Below, piece by piece: positions 12,099-25,072 of a stretch of DNA of 64,000 nt. The position numbers were made by a program, and so were the translations under genes. Each line of letters begins with the position of its first letter. Position 1 is the first letter of the stretch. The notes beneath the pieces were generated by a model. The model ran no database searches. It was not told where the DNA came from and saw nothing but the letters and a program-made list of their open reading frames with translations. The stretch comes from Octopus bimaculoides (lineage: Eukaryota), in assembly GCF_001194135.2 (NCBI RefSeq), contig NC_068988.1, forward strand, positions 84,629,685-84,693,684, given 5' to 3'.

Positions 12099-12250
12099 GG
12101 TGAAGAACGAGCTATCAAACAGTTTCAATTTAATGCCTGGCCTGGAATGCAGAAACTTCCAAACACTGCTGCTTCAATAATTAGGTTATACAATCAAGTT
12201 CAAGAATGGCTGTCACAAAATGGAAAGGGACCAATCACTGTACATTGCAT
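12099..12250 (+). CDS. Receptor-type PTP D2 domain exon (WPD-loop equivalent and start of P-loop)
   Basis: ttttcag acceptor, GTAAGT donor; GEERAIKQFQFNAWPGMQKLPNTAASIIRLYNQVQEWLSQNGKGPITVHC(M); 152 bp, ends phase 2; missing from the supplied ORF track. Confidence 0.96.
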
Positions 12251-12849
12251 GTAAGTTATACTTTATACCATACATCTCTTGTATATAGTATGTAGTATTT
12301 ATTATATGTTTTACCTTCTGCTAATTAGCTGCATATGTAATTCCAAAATTAAAGTAATTACACTCAAATGTACTAATTACAGACTTACACATGTATTTTA
12401 AAAATATCTTTTGAAACAATACACTTGTTACATGCTTAGTTATTTGCTATTTATGAGTAAACATCTAACAAGTGTTATATTATAATTTAGCGTTTAGAAA
12501 GATAAAAGTCTTTCATAAGGGTTTGCTGCTTTCCCACTGCCACAGGAATTTTATAGTATCTTGATATGTATTGTAGTAAGGAAGAATTACACCAGATGAC
12601 CAACCTTACTCTCATTTTTGACTTCCTATTCTTCAGGCAAAAAATGACTGAAGATATATCAGAGTAGTCATCATACTCTAAGATATGTATTCCACAATAA
12701 TATTGCTGGATATTGTCTTTCCTTTCTCCACATCAAAACATAATCATTGATTATTAGGTTTTCTCTGCACAGTCTACTGAAAATCTAGTCTTTATATACA
12801 TAGAGTGACAAATCTTTAAAGAACTTAAGACCTAGCAGTTACCCTCAAC

Positions 12850-13400
12850 TATTTGTAGCTGGCTTGCCAATATCATTGCCTAGGATATGATGTTGACAAA
12901 TGCAGACAGTTTGTGAAACCACAGGTGAGAAAGCCAGTGGTTAATGAGCTGTTCTGCAAAATGAATTGGATGGACCAATCACTGGATGTTAAGGAGGTAT
13001 TGTCTCATCTCAACCCATCATACACCCCATGATCTTTGAAGCACACCAACTCCTGGTAAAATGTTAACAGCAACGTATTGATCAGCACAGTTTTGTTGAC
13101 ATGAAGGTTTTTGATATGGTCAGCAGGGGATGCCTTATGGAAGCCCATGGAGAAATGTACCAGTGGCTTGTACTAGATGATGGAGCGATATCTAATACTT
13201 CACAATAACAAAGAGCATCAAGCAGCAGCATCCTTGTCCTTACATAGTTATATTTGCATAGTGCTGACTAATGCTTTCATCAGCAGCACCCAAGGTAATC
13301 ATATCAAATACTGTATTGATGGTAAGACCCACTGTCTTCAAATTGTTCTCAATGACTGTTCTCTCTCAGCAGCTTCACAATAAGTAGACCGCAGTCATGT
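12850..13400 (+). mobile_element. Degenerate RTE (BovB-like) RT fragment
   Basis: Remnants resembling FVDxxKAFDxVSR (tttgttgacatgaaggtttttgatatggtcagcagg), KQGCVL and YRxDGK; heavily decayed. Confidence 0.5.
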
Positions 13401-15290
13401 ACCAGCCTTTTATGAAGAGACAAAGGCAAGTGGTCAGCAATTTTAATTACCTCAGCAATACACTTAGTATGTATATGCAAGGTGGGTAACTTGGTGGGGT
13501 GTAATAGTATAGATTTGAAGGAGGAAGTAAAGTGTATAGTGAAGAAAGCTTTATTTGTGGGGGTACTAATCACAGAGCTATCATTGTTGAAGAAAAGAGA
13601 ATTTTGCAAAACTGGTGAATATGTTTTGAGCAAGGGACCAGAGCTATGAGCTACACTGGGAAGTGGGATAGTTTAAGGGTTGTGTGATACACAAAGGCAC
13701 AGTTTGCAGTTTGGATAGTGGTCTTGTAAGATTTAAACATTATCCATTTTTGGGTATAGGTGAGTTTCTCCGGATGTTATAGGCTTTTCTTTTTAAACCC
13801 GAACAGTTGCAACACAGCTATGATGGAATCACTCGGGGGACTTAGAGTATTGAAGTTTTTGTATGTGTGTGGCAGATGTGGAGGGACATGCTTAAAAGGG
13901 TTGTTTCAATCACCTTTTCGAGCTGTTTCAGATGATCATGTGCTGTTAGGGATAATTAACATAAAAATGACCTGAAGTACCATGAAGTCTGGGACATATG
14001 GGTGATATTGTGCAGTCTGTGGATATGTGTTGAGTAGTTATGATGACATGGTTGACATAGACAATTACAGTTTGGTAGGGCTTAGGTTTGAAGATGAAAT
14101 GTGATCAAGGGTGTTTGGGTGTCTATGTAACAATTTGGAATGTATGAAAGGATGAAACAAGTTAAGTATTGCAAAGAATTTGACTTCTTACCAGTAGTGT
14201 TGGTATGGAATGAGGATGTGTGCCCTGAAGAGTTGTGAGTGTTTAAAACACTAAAGATGAAGACTTCGGAAAAGGGTGAAGTGAGACATGCAGAGTTATT
14301 CAAAAAGAATGAAGCGATTTCATTTCGCAATATTTTAATAAAGAAAAGCAATAGAAAACTCCAGCTAAGTCACAAGTATTTACTCACAATCGACTTTTAT
14401 TTCCTGTCTTACAGTGTGGCCACCACCTGCAGCACGGGCAACATCAATGCGATAAGAGAATTCCTCCCAGATGCACATCTGCTTGGCCCCTGACCTCACC
14501 ATGTGTGATTTTTTCTTGTGGGGATATGTAAAAGATCACGTTTATGTTCCACTGCTACCCACTAACCTTGATGATCTTAAGCATCGAATAACAACAGCAA
14601 TCAACTCAGTGGATCGTGATATGCTGATACGTGTTTGGGAGGAATTCTCTTATTGCATTGACGTTACCTGTGCTGCAGGTGGTGACTACATTGAACACTT
14701 GTAAGACAGGAAATAAAAGTCGATTGTGAGTAAATACTTGTGACTTAGCTGGAGTTTTCTATTGCTTTACCTTATTAAAATATTGTGTGATGAAATTGGT
14801 TCATTCCTTTTGAATAACGCTGTATACTCTTAAAGAGTTGCTGGTAGTTTGAGGAGTTGGCAAAGCAGTAGAGGGAGCATATGTATTTGGGTGCTTGAGG
14901 GAAGGAAACTTTGAGCCAGAGTGGCTATAAGTCACTATTGTTGATCACCAAGTGAGTGAGTGATGGAGAATGGAGTTTACAATTGTAGACACCACTTTTC
15001 AGAGTGAAGTTTGAGAACAAATGATTGTAGCCTGGACAATGGAAGTGGATTCTAGATAAGGGTCCAGAAATTGTCTCAAAGAGGAATAGGACATAGGTTT
15101 TGCATAGAGTTAAAGGTAATGAAATGGATGATAGTCCATAGATGTTAGAAGAGCAAAAATTGTCCATTGGGTTTAGTTGTGGTTTTTGATGTCTTGGAGA
15201 AGTGTAAAGTAGAAGTTAGTAAATAACATTGGTTTAGAAACTTAGTTTTATGTGAGTATGGAGGAGGACCATTGTATAAAGAAGTGCCAC
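13400..15290 (-). mobile_element. Probable Penelope-like element remnant, interrupted by the Tc1-like insertion at 14291-14822
   Basis: Minus-strand peptides YSPVLQNSLFFNND...FKSILLHPTKLP and QFLDPYL resemble PLE RT/linker regions; weak resemblance judged by eye. Confidence 0.35.
14291..14822 (+). mobile_element. Non-autonomous Tc1/mariner-superfamily element with 123-bp TIRs
   Basis: TIRs at 14291-14413 and 14700-14822, followed by TA; interior encodes the transposase C-terminus PDLTMCDFFLWGYVKDHVYVP...IEHL*. Confidence 0.9.
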
Positions 15291-15599
15291 ACATTCAAAA
15301 GGAATGGAACATGTAAAAGAAGATGAAGGACAACTTGGGAAGAAGTGGTTGAATCTCACAGAGGAAATGATGAAGGATCACATTGATTGATGCTACACAT
15401 GGAAAAAGGGATGTTAAAATTGTGTATGTGCATATAGACATGTCTTTGGGTATATGTATATACATAAGTATGGTATTGGTTTTGACATACATCATTCACC
15501 CTCTCCATTTCATCCACCCTCTGTTATCTATCACACTCTCACTCCTGTTCTTCTGGTGTTTTGCCACAATAAAATGCACCCTCTGCATCCTGTTAAATA

Positions 15600-15870
15600 T
15601 AGGTTGAGAGCACCCCCAGTGCTGGTGCCACAAAAATGCATCCAATACTCTCTAAGAAGTGGTTGTTGTTAAGAACAGCATCTAGCTGTAGAAACCAAGC
15701 TAAATATATTTTCTGATGTAGGCACAAGGCCTGAAATTTGGGTGAGTGTAAAGCAAATAATGAAATTTTAAAGCAAGATATAACCCTTTGACTCATTTAG
15801 GAGAACAGCAACAACCCTTCCAACCCATGCCAGCATGGAAAATGGATACAAAACGATATTGATGATGATG
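15600..15870 (+). mobile_element. RTE-type LINE 3' end fragment
   Basis: gcatctagctgtagaaacc...ccaacccatgccagcatggaaaatggatac...gatgatgat tail. Confidence 0.6.
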
Positions 15871-16864
15871 ACATACGCGTGTGTGTGTGTGTGTGTTGTA
15901 GTCAATACACATAAGAGAGTTTATCCATTCATTTCTGTATTTTTGAAGTTCTTCAAGGTGATTATTCAGATATAATGGTAGTGGAAATTGAATAAACACA
16001 TACATACATCTTTGTCATTATCACCACCACAGCTATCATTATTTTATACTTCTTTTTTTTTTTTTTATATATATTTGGACAAATTAAACGGATCTTCTCA
16101 GTTTTGTACTGCATCTCATTACTTCTTGTGGTCTTTTTTTATTCTCTTTGTGAGGTTCACATTCCAGAGATCAGTTTCTATCATTTTTACTCTGCTTTTC
16201 TTAAGTTTTCTCCTCCTGTAAGTTCCTTCCTATATCTGTCTATTTATCTAGTCATCCACCCAAAATAATATTGTGTACATATTTTGATGTCCTTTAACCT
16301 GCAATTGGCTTCTTATATCTTTCCAAATGAAAATTACTTTTAGTAGAGAATGAGTGTTTCATAGATATCAATTGATGTACTGTAATACAAATAGAAGACA
16401 AATATTTTAATTTGATTTCACTTCACCTGTTTTGTGTGTGGGAATGATCAGTTGATTTCATAGAAATGTTTAACAGATAGATTTGGAACCTGTTCTGCAT
16501 CTCAACTTCAAGACTATTCACATAAATATTGCTATTCTGTGAAATCTCAGATCAATAGGAAGTCTATCAAAATCACAAGTTCTTTATGCCTAAACTATCT
16601 GTGATGTTCTACCAACGATGCTGAACAATTAGCAAGGCTTGTGAACTTCTTGACTGTAAAACAGAATTTTCATTCATCTGTTTATCCCTAGGTTTTCTAT
16701 ACCAGATATCCCTTCCAGATATTGTCTACAGCAACAACATACAGAAAAACTGAAGCAACTAGTTGAAAAGAAATACTGAGTGAAAAACTACAGAATGATT
16801 TTGACACCTACAGAACAACAACCAAAGTTCAAATCTCTCCTTTGCTTGATGATCCTGAACACTT

Positions 16865-17335
16865 ATCATCATCATCATCATCCTCATTGTTTAACGTCCG
16901 CTTTCCATGCTAGCATGGGTTGGACGATTTGACTGAGGACTGGTGAAACCAGATGGCAACACCAAGCTCCAATCTAATTTGGCAGAGTTTCTACAGCTGG
17001 ATGCCCTTCCTAACGCCAACCACTCAGAGAGTGTAGTGGGTGCTCTTACGTGTCACCCGCACGAAGGCCAGTCAGGCGGTACTGGCAACGGCCACGCTCG
17101 AAATGGTGTCTTTTATGTGCCACCCGCACAAGAGCCAGTCCAGGGGCACTGGCAACGATCTCGCTCGAAGACCCTACGAAGGCCAGTCAGGCGGTACTGG
17201 CAACGGCCACGCTCAAAATGGTGTCTTTTATGTGCCACCCGCACAAGAGCCAGTCCAGGGGCACTGGCAACGATCTCACTTGGCTTGCCGGGTCTTCTCA
17301 CGCACAGCACATTTCCAAAGGTCTCGGTCAGTAGA
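16865..17335 (-). mobile_element. Young RTE-type LINE 3' end with internal 115-bp tandem duplication
   Basis: (CAT)n tail; CpGs retained; near-identical to 49347-49506; repeat units begin at 17061 and 17176. Confidence 0.85.
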
Positions 17336-18363
17336 GACATACTTGCATCTGCCAGTTCTTTCTGCATTGTTGTACAAAAGTTATTCTATAACTTGCTCAG
17401 CTTTCCATATTCCACTTTCCATTGAGAAAGGTTTTATCGGGAACATTGATGTTAACTGCAAATTGGCCAAAATAATTTGAAACTCTTGCAGTTAGACAAA
17501 TGTTGAAATGTGTTATAGTCACTTAGTACACATTTTGTGAACCCTTGCTAAATAATTTGCCTATTGGTAGCAAGGCCACAAGGTTTCTAGATGATTTTTG
17601 GTAAATACTTTCTTAAAGAAAGCTGTAAGAGCTGCTGTTATGAACATATTTAAGACTCATTCTTCATTTTGGAATTTGGAATAGAGAGATGAAACTGAAT
17701 ATTAACATGAACAAGCAACTACAAGATACAGAAGACTGCAGCTTGGCTGATTTTCTGTTTTGTATTGGTGTAAGAAGGAACAACTAAGTCTGATAGCAAG
17801 ATCAAATGTCCAAATGGAGTTGAGGTTGTATCTGATGAGATGAAGGTGTATGTTGCTCTGTTGTAGGCATAGTGACAAGGATAAAAAAAATGCCACCAAC
17901 ATAACTGAGTTTTCTAATGTTAAAAATTTCTTAACTTTATATCATCTAGATCCTTAATCTAAGTAAATTTCCATTTAAATGCATTTTTTCCAGTACTTAT
18001 GTATCTTTGTATTTTTTTTTACTTCTAATGTTCACCATTCATTATTATCAACAATGATGACAGTTGCTCCTAAGCAAAGTGACAACAAGTATATGTATGT
18101 GGTGTGTATAGCACTGCACCTTGCATCTGAATATGACAATTGTTCAACTATATAATGGGATATTATTATTATGTGTGTGTATCCTGTTACATAGTGATAT
18201 AATGTGGAGTGCAGTAAGGCTAGTTTTTTCCTGTTTATGTTTGTTTCCCTAACTTTACTCTATAATGAGAATGTACTATTACAGCCATTGACCCTGTATA
18301 TGTATACACACACACACACACACTTCCCAATAGCATTACATGTGTGTTGTTGTTTTTTTTTAG

Positions 18364-18499
18364 GGATGGGGCACGGCGCAGCGGTCTGTTTTGTGCAATC
18401 AGTGCTGTTATAGAGAGAATGAAAGTAGACAGGGAAGTAGATGTCTTCCAGACTGTGAAACAAATTCGTGTAAACAGATATCAATTCATTGAAGATGTT
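18364..18499 (+). CDS. Receptor-type PTP D2 domain exon (P-loop completion, Q-loop start)
   Basis: poly-T...tag acceptor, GTAAGT donor; (M)DGARRSGLFCAISAVIERMKVDREVDVFQTVKQIRVNRYQFIEDV; joins the previous exon to give HCMDGARRSG; 136 bp. Confidence 0.97.
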
Positions 18500-18739
18500 G
18501 TAAGTATTTTAATGTTACATTTGATTCCAAACATTTTTGTTTTTATTATGGTCTGGAAGAGTTCCATTGCTACCCCAGAGGTAACTACTTTTCATCCATT
18601 TAGGGCCAATGTCTGTATTAATCTATTACACTCTTTCTCAAAACTTATTAGTCCTGTGTCTATATAAAAAAAATTATTCCATTGTAAGACTCCCACCAAA
18701 ATTTTTGGTACTGTGCCTGTCAAAATGGCTTTAGTTATA

Positions 18740-19110
18740 TCCATCTATGTACTGAGTTCAATTCCTGCCAGTGTCAGTTTTACCTTTTATTTCTCCTAGC
18801 TTGAGAAAAAAAATACCTGTCAAATACTGGCATCATTTCAATTGATAGTACTAATGTTCTGAGTTCAGCTACCACCAGAATTCACTTTTCATCCATTCAG
18901 GGGTTGTTAAAATATCTATCAATGAAGTACTGAAGTCAATTACATACACTACTCCTCTTTCTTGTGATAAAAGAAGCAAGGATTAACAAATGATAAAGCA
19001 TCAGACTAAATACATGCAGTGTTTAAGTTTTTACTGTCTACATTCTGAGTTCAAACCCTGCAAGGATTAACTTTGCTTGTCTTCTTTCTAAGAATGATAA
19101 AATAATCAGT
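18740..19110 (+). mobile_element. Three partial family-A SINE copies
   Basis: Recurrent ctgagttcaa...ctttgc blocks near 18751, 18859 and 19045. Confidence 0.65.
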
Positions 19111-20109
19111 TATCATAAACTGGACAGAGAATTGAATTGGCAACACATCCTTTCCTCCCATGTAAACATGTAACCTTGTGCACATATAGTAAACTATTAT
19201 CATTGTCTGCACTTCTACGTCTATTCCTGAGACTAGTTGTATTGAACTTGTTATTACTCTCACAAATTGCCAGAAACATGATTTAGACAAATCTGATAAT
19301 GTCTGTTAATTCACAACTAAGCTGTTCTTTAATTCTATTTTGGCCTTGCATGGGTAAAGAAAAAAGTAACATTTCTGTTTGCTGATTATAGTACTTAAAA
19401 TATGATGAAAATTGTGTAAGTTAGGGGTGTCAGCTATATTTATTTATTTTATTGACGTTATCGATAATAAATACAAAAAAAAAATAAATAAAGATAACAA
19501 TTAACACTTCTATTTTGCAGTTTCATATTCATGATTTCCAATGCTACAATTTTAGAAGATGAAGGGTAGTATCCATAACTTTTTCAGGTTTTCCAATGCT
19601 GGTAACATTGATTTGACCAGTTCCCAGCCTGAACATCTGCAGATCAATGTCTACAAACTAAAAATAGGTGGGGAGTGTCTGGCCCCAATACTTACAACAG
19701 AGTTATCTCTGTTAAGGGCAACCAACAACTCTTGGTGATGGTTAGGCCTACTATCCATGGCTAACATGGTTGTGTATTGGAGCAATTGTTTTTACTTTTG
19801 GATGATGACTCTTTCCACTTTCCTGTCACTAGCAACCTAACTGTGGAAGTGGGGAGTAATGAGGTCCTGTGCCCTTGTGAAATGAGACACAAAGACTGCA
19901 GTGGTAACATTTGAAATTGTGACTAAATATGGTATCAGTAGTTAAATATCTCATAACCTTACAACCTTTGAGCACCCTGCCATCTGTCTGTCTGTCTCTC
20001 TCTCTCTCCCTCATAGCTCTCTCTTCTTTCCACATGGGTAAGCCATGTATTCACTGCTTCAGCATGACACCTACTCCTGTCCCTCTCTCTTACTTTCTTA
20101 TCCCTCAAT

Positions 20110-20355
20110 ATGATATATACATACCCCACTCAGTCGAGGGGTCTTGTGGGTACTTGATGACCTCACTAGTGCGTCATAAAAAAAAGAAAAACACTCAGTA
20201 CACTCTCTGAAGTGGTTAGTGTTCGGAAAGGTATCTAACTACAGAAACCATATGAAAGCAGACATTGGAGCTTGGCACAATCCTTTGGTTTATATACTCC
20301 TATTAAATCATCCAACCCATGTCAGCATGGAAAAAGGAACATTAAATGATGATAA
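20110..20355 (+). mobile_element. RTE-type LINE 3' end fragment
   Basis: cactcagtacactctctgaagtggttag...ccaacccatgtcagcatggaaaaaggaacattaaatgatgat. Confidence 0.6.
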
Positions 20356-21041
20356 TGTTGCTCTAATACATAATTATGAAGATTTAATGACTAACATCAT
20401 ATCATTCTGAAGCTGAAAAATTGTTTTGTGACTCAAGATTTACACATGGAAGCAGTGTATTTTTAAAGCAGTGCAAGTGCTACTGCACTGAACAAAATGT
20501 CTTGCAGTCATGTCCCCTTGCATTCTCAGTTCAAAATGTATATTGATCAAAAATTGATTTTGCATCTTTCTAGGGATTCGTACAATGAAGTACTAATTGA
20601 ATTCTTGGTTATGCATAATCCATCTGTATGTAAACACATTGTTGATATAATGTTACTGATTATCTGTACTAGCATGAATTGAAGTGGAAATATATATAAA
20701 CAAAAAAGTTTAGGTGTTGTGCCATAAGATAGTTGTGAGTAATGTTATGCAAGAGTCTGCATTGGAGATTCACGGCCAAGACAGTCTTTACTTTATTTCA
20801 TAGCACACTAACATGCACACTCTTTCTGACCTTTTTAAAAATACATATTTTTTTAAACTTTAGTTCCTAATGTCACTGACAAAGACTTATTCCAGTATAC
20901 TTATTATTTTTTACATGAATCCTCACAAATTCTATTGAACGGACCATACTAATGTATGGTGTAATATATATATATAAATTCTTTCATTATTGTTTATAGA
21001 AATCATCCAATTTTCTTTTTATCTTTTTTTCTTCCCTAAAG

Positions 21042-21095
21042 GAGCAGTATGATTTTTGTTACAAAGTTATACAACAGTATTTAAACAGTCAATGA
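21042..21095 (+). CDS. Receptor-type PTP terminal coding exon
   Basis: long pyrimidine tract + ctaaag acceptor; EQYDFCYKVIQQYLNSQ* (QYxFxY motif), TGA at 21093-21095. Confidence 0.94.
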   Translation, partial: EQYDFCYKVIQQYLNSQ

Positions 21096-21974
21096 AAGTG
21101 AGAAGCTGGTATGAAGATTCCATGGTTATACACAAATTCTTGTTATGAAGGTATCACTGCCGAACGATGATTTACAAAAACAAATGATCCATTATTTCTT
21201 TAGTGCCGTACTTTTGGTGAATATATTCCCAGAACCAGGGAAAGTATTCATTCAATATGCAAAAATAAAGCGAAAAAAGCAAGCTGTTCATTGGACCATC
21301 GTTCTATCCCTCTGTCCTTGTCAATTAATTTTATGAAACAACTGAGCTACAGGCCAATCCAAACAAGTTATAAATCTCATTTCAGTGCCAGTCTTAGGTC
21401 ACATTGTTCACTGTGACCTTTGCTGCCTGCCTATCTGTCTTTCTATACCTACCTACTTGCCTATCTACCCATCTATCAGTCTGTTTATCTATCTGACTGT
21501 GTCTGTATATCTCTCTACATACTTACCTACCTATTCATATATTTATCTATTTGTCTACACTCTCCGGTATCCAGGTTGGTTCTTTGCTCTTAATCTCTTC
21601 ATTAATATGCAATCTGCTAATCTAATGTAGATAAGCATGTAAGAAAAAAAAAAAAGAATGAAATCAAATCTGTGGTAGGGACAATTTTTTTTTTTGTCCT
21701 TCTGCTCCACCGTACCCCTTTAATTTTTCATCTTTGGAAATTCCTGACTTTTATTATTATTATATTGATATAACTATTTTTCATTTAAAAAAAAAAAAAA
21801 ATGCATTTTCAAACACGTTATTTGTAAATTTTTTTGCTTTGCTTTTATTTCATTTTTATTTTATTTCAAATTGTTGTGCCCCACTGACTTTGTCCTGCTG
21901 ATCCAATTTGCCCCACTTTCTCTTCCCTTGTTCATCAAATATGAATTTTTTCTTTAGTTAAATTTATTATCATA

Positions 21975-22415
21975 AGGGTGGTGAATTGGCAGAATGGTTT
22001 GTGCTGGAGAAAATGCCTTGTGTTATTTGTTCTGGCTCTTTTACATTCTGAGTTCATATCCTGCCAAGGTCAGCTTTGCCTTTTATCCCTCCAGGCTCAA
22101 TAGAATAAAATATCAGTCAAATCTTGCGGTTGGTTTAATTGACTCACCCTCTCCCCAAATCTAGGGCCTTGTGCCTATATTAGAAATGGTTATATATTGC
22201 ATAGTGGATTGGAAAAATAGTTAGAGCAGCAGAAAAATGTCCTGCAGTATTTGTGCCAGCTCTTTCCATTCTGAGTTCAATTCCTGCCCAGGTCAACTTT
22301 ACCTTTCATCTTTTTGGAGTTGATAAAATAAAGTACCAGTCAAATACTGGGGTTGATGGTATCGACTAACCCCTTCCCTTCACAATTGCTGGCCTTGTGC
22401 CTAAATTTAGAAACT
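21975..22415 (+). mobile_element. Two tandem family-A SINEs downstream of the PTP stop codon
   Basis: ggtggtgaattggcagaa...ctgagttcat...ggccttgtgcctatattag, followed by a second copy ending ggccttgtgcctaaatttag. Confidence 0.8.
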
Positions 22416-23164
22416 ATTATTATTGTTATATTTTATTTCGTTAAATTTTTTTATTTATAATTTTTCTTTTACTTCAGACATTTTATTCACTTAACCCCTG
22501 CCCCTTGTTTACACTTAGTGTAAAAAAAGAAAAAGCAAACAGAGAGAAAGGCAAAAAAGAAAAAAAAAATCTTTCCCATCATTTCATTATGCTCACCCTA
22601 CTAGCCCTGTTCCCCACCCCCTGTATCTGAAACCCACTACAATATTGAACTGCTGGAAATGGTAAAAAATATTCTTCTTGATAACCAACTGATATGAAAG
22701 AAAATGATAAATATATAAATAAATAAAGGAAAGAAGAAAGAAAGCAAACTGTTCCCTTTCATATGAAAAGCAAAAAAAAAAAAATTTTAAAAAAGAGAAA
22801 GAGGAAAGTTTCAACAGAAAATATACTTCAAAATGAGGAAAGACGCTAAATAAAAAATGTTTTTACAAGTTGTTATGGTTGAAGTCTTCCCTGAACAAGC
22901 CTCATCTTAAACATGCTTCATTCTCTCTCTGCTTTCCTCATATATCTATATATACACACGTTGTATTCTTTTCTTGGTTTCAGTCACTGGACTGTAGCCA
23001 TGCTGGGACACAACCATGAAGAGTTTTATTGATCTGAATTACTTCAGTCTGATCTTTATTTCATCAAAATCTATTTGTCAAGCTGCTTAGTAATGGGACT
23101 TGAAGGGAAACAAAATAAACAATGTGAATGTATGCATATATTATATAAATGTATGCATACATAC

Positions 23165-23202
<38 letters not shown>

Positions 23203-23673
23203 TGCACACATTCATACATAGTTTCCACTCATCAGGCTATGTAACCTTCATGCTCCAGGTTGCATGCTAAATTTTCAAGACATATTTTGGGTGAAAAATA
23301 GCACCCTTATTTTCAGGCCTGTATATGTATGACTCCTCACCGTTGAGGATGCAGTTTACTTTCCAAAATAAGTTTTTAAAATTTACCAGGTATCCTAGAG
23401 GGTAAACCGATTTCAGTCCAGAGGAAGCTTATACTAAATTTATCATGTCTCTGCACTGTAAGGAATAATAAGCATGTGGTGATGAATAAGATAAAGTTCC
23501 ATAAGAACAAGGGGAAGGATTAACACAACTTATAAAAGGACATGTACAATATGATATATATTTAATACAGAATATATGTCACTGAGCCACTAACAAAAGT
23601 ATGTGAAAGTGTTGAGATTTTTTTTTTTTTGTTTGTCTTTTTTCCCTGAAATTGGGGTGCTGGGAAATACAGC

Positions 23674-23746
<73 letters not shown>

Positions 23747-23957
23747 TGTTTACAAATGAAAAAGTACTCATTAAGAGGTGTCACATTTCTCTATTAGTTG
23801 TTGCTTCACTCTATTGCTATTCATATTTACACATGATGGATGGTACAATGTGAACATAGCTTGAATAAATACATGTGTAGTACCACATGTATAGGGGTAG
23901 CAACAGATGAACTATCAACTGATTTGTAATGAGCATATATGTGTCTCTCTCTATACA

Positions 23958-24010
<53 letters not shown>

Positions 24011-25034
24011 TATACACACAGATTATATATATTTGTTGTTTATACACATGTGTATATAAATAAGTGGGGTCAGCTGGAAAAGGAATAATTTGATTGTCAC
24101 CAAAGGAGAAAACGGGTAAAGGAAGGTGCAAATATTTTTGAAAAAGCTTGCATTTCCCATGCAGATTTGAAGTGAACTGCATGAAAACGCACAATTTGTG
24201 AAGTGGATAGGTTGAACTTGGTCTGCGGTATATGTAGGTGTATATGTCTTTCCAATGCTGGGCTCACTATTTACCAACAAAGTCATCAGGTCAGACAAAA
24301 ATGTTAATTGAAATGTATTCATGATAAAAATTGTGTAACATGTACATGCAGGAAGCTTTGCAAATCTAGTGGTGACTTACATATAGAAATTCGTTTCTGC
24401 ACACTGGTGCACATAGCTTTGACCTTTGTAAGGTCTGTTAAAATACATGTAAGAGCCTAGGGGTTTTAGAGAGTCATTGTTGAAAACATGATTCTTTTAA
24501 TGATCATTAATGGTATTCCTCAAACATGCATGAACAGCCATCATTTATAAATGTGTGTGTGTATATAAGATTGTAGCGAGGTGATTCTGTAAGAAACAGA
24601 GAAACCAATGATGGCAGTAAGGTACTCGAGAAATAAATGAATATGTATTAAGTGACTCTTACATGGACTAGGACTATTGCATCCACAAGGAATTAATTCA
24701 TTAGAGAATTTATTTGTTAAATTCCCCAGAAATGCAGCAATGCCAGTAGTACATATATATAAAATGTATTATGTTTTTAATGTGCACAGCATATGACCAT
24801 ATGTTCTGTTGCACTCCAACACAGACGTCTGGAAAGAAAATTTGTCATTCTACTTATAATGCTTCTGAAGAAGTGGTTTGCATGTAAAAATTGATTTTAA
24901 ATAATCATTATGTAATTATCACTGAAACATGTGCAAAGATGTAGTAAGTCATTCATTCCATACTATATAGTCATGTAAGAATTTTATGTTTGCATATCAC
25001 CATTTGAAATGGATGTTAAATGGTGGTGATGATG

Positions 25035-25072
<38 letters not shown>

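Noticed and set aside
24023-24322. Overlapping minus-strand ORFs with protein-like composition
   Set aside because: No good splice sites or known motifs; more simply 3' UTR or intergenic sequence
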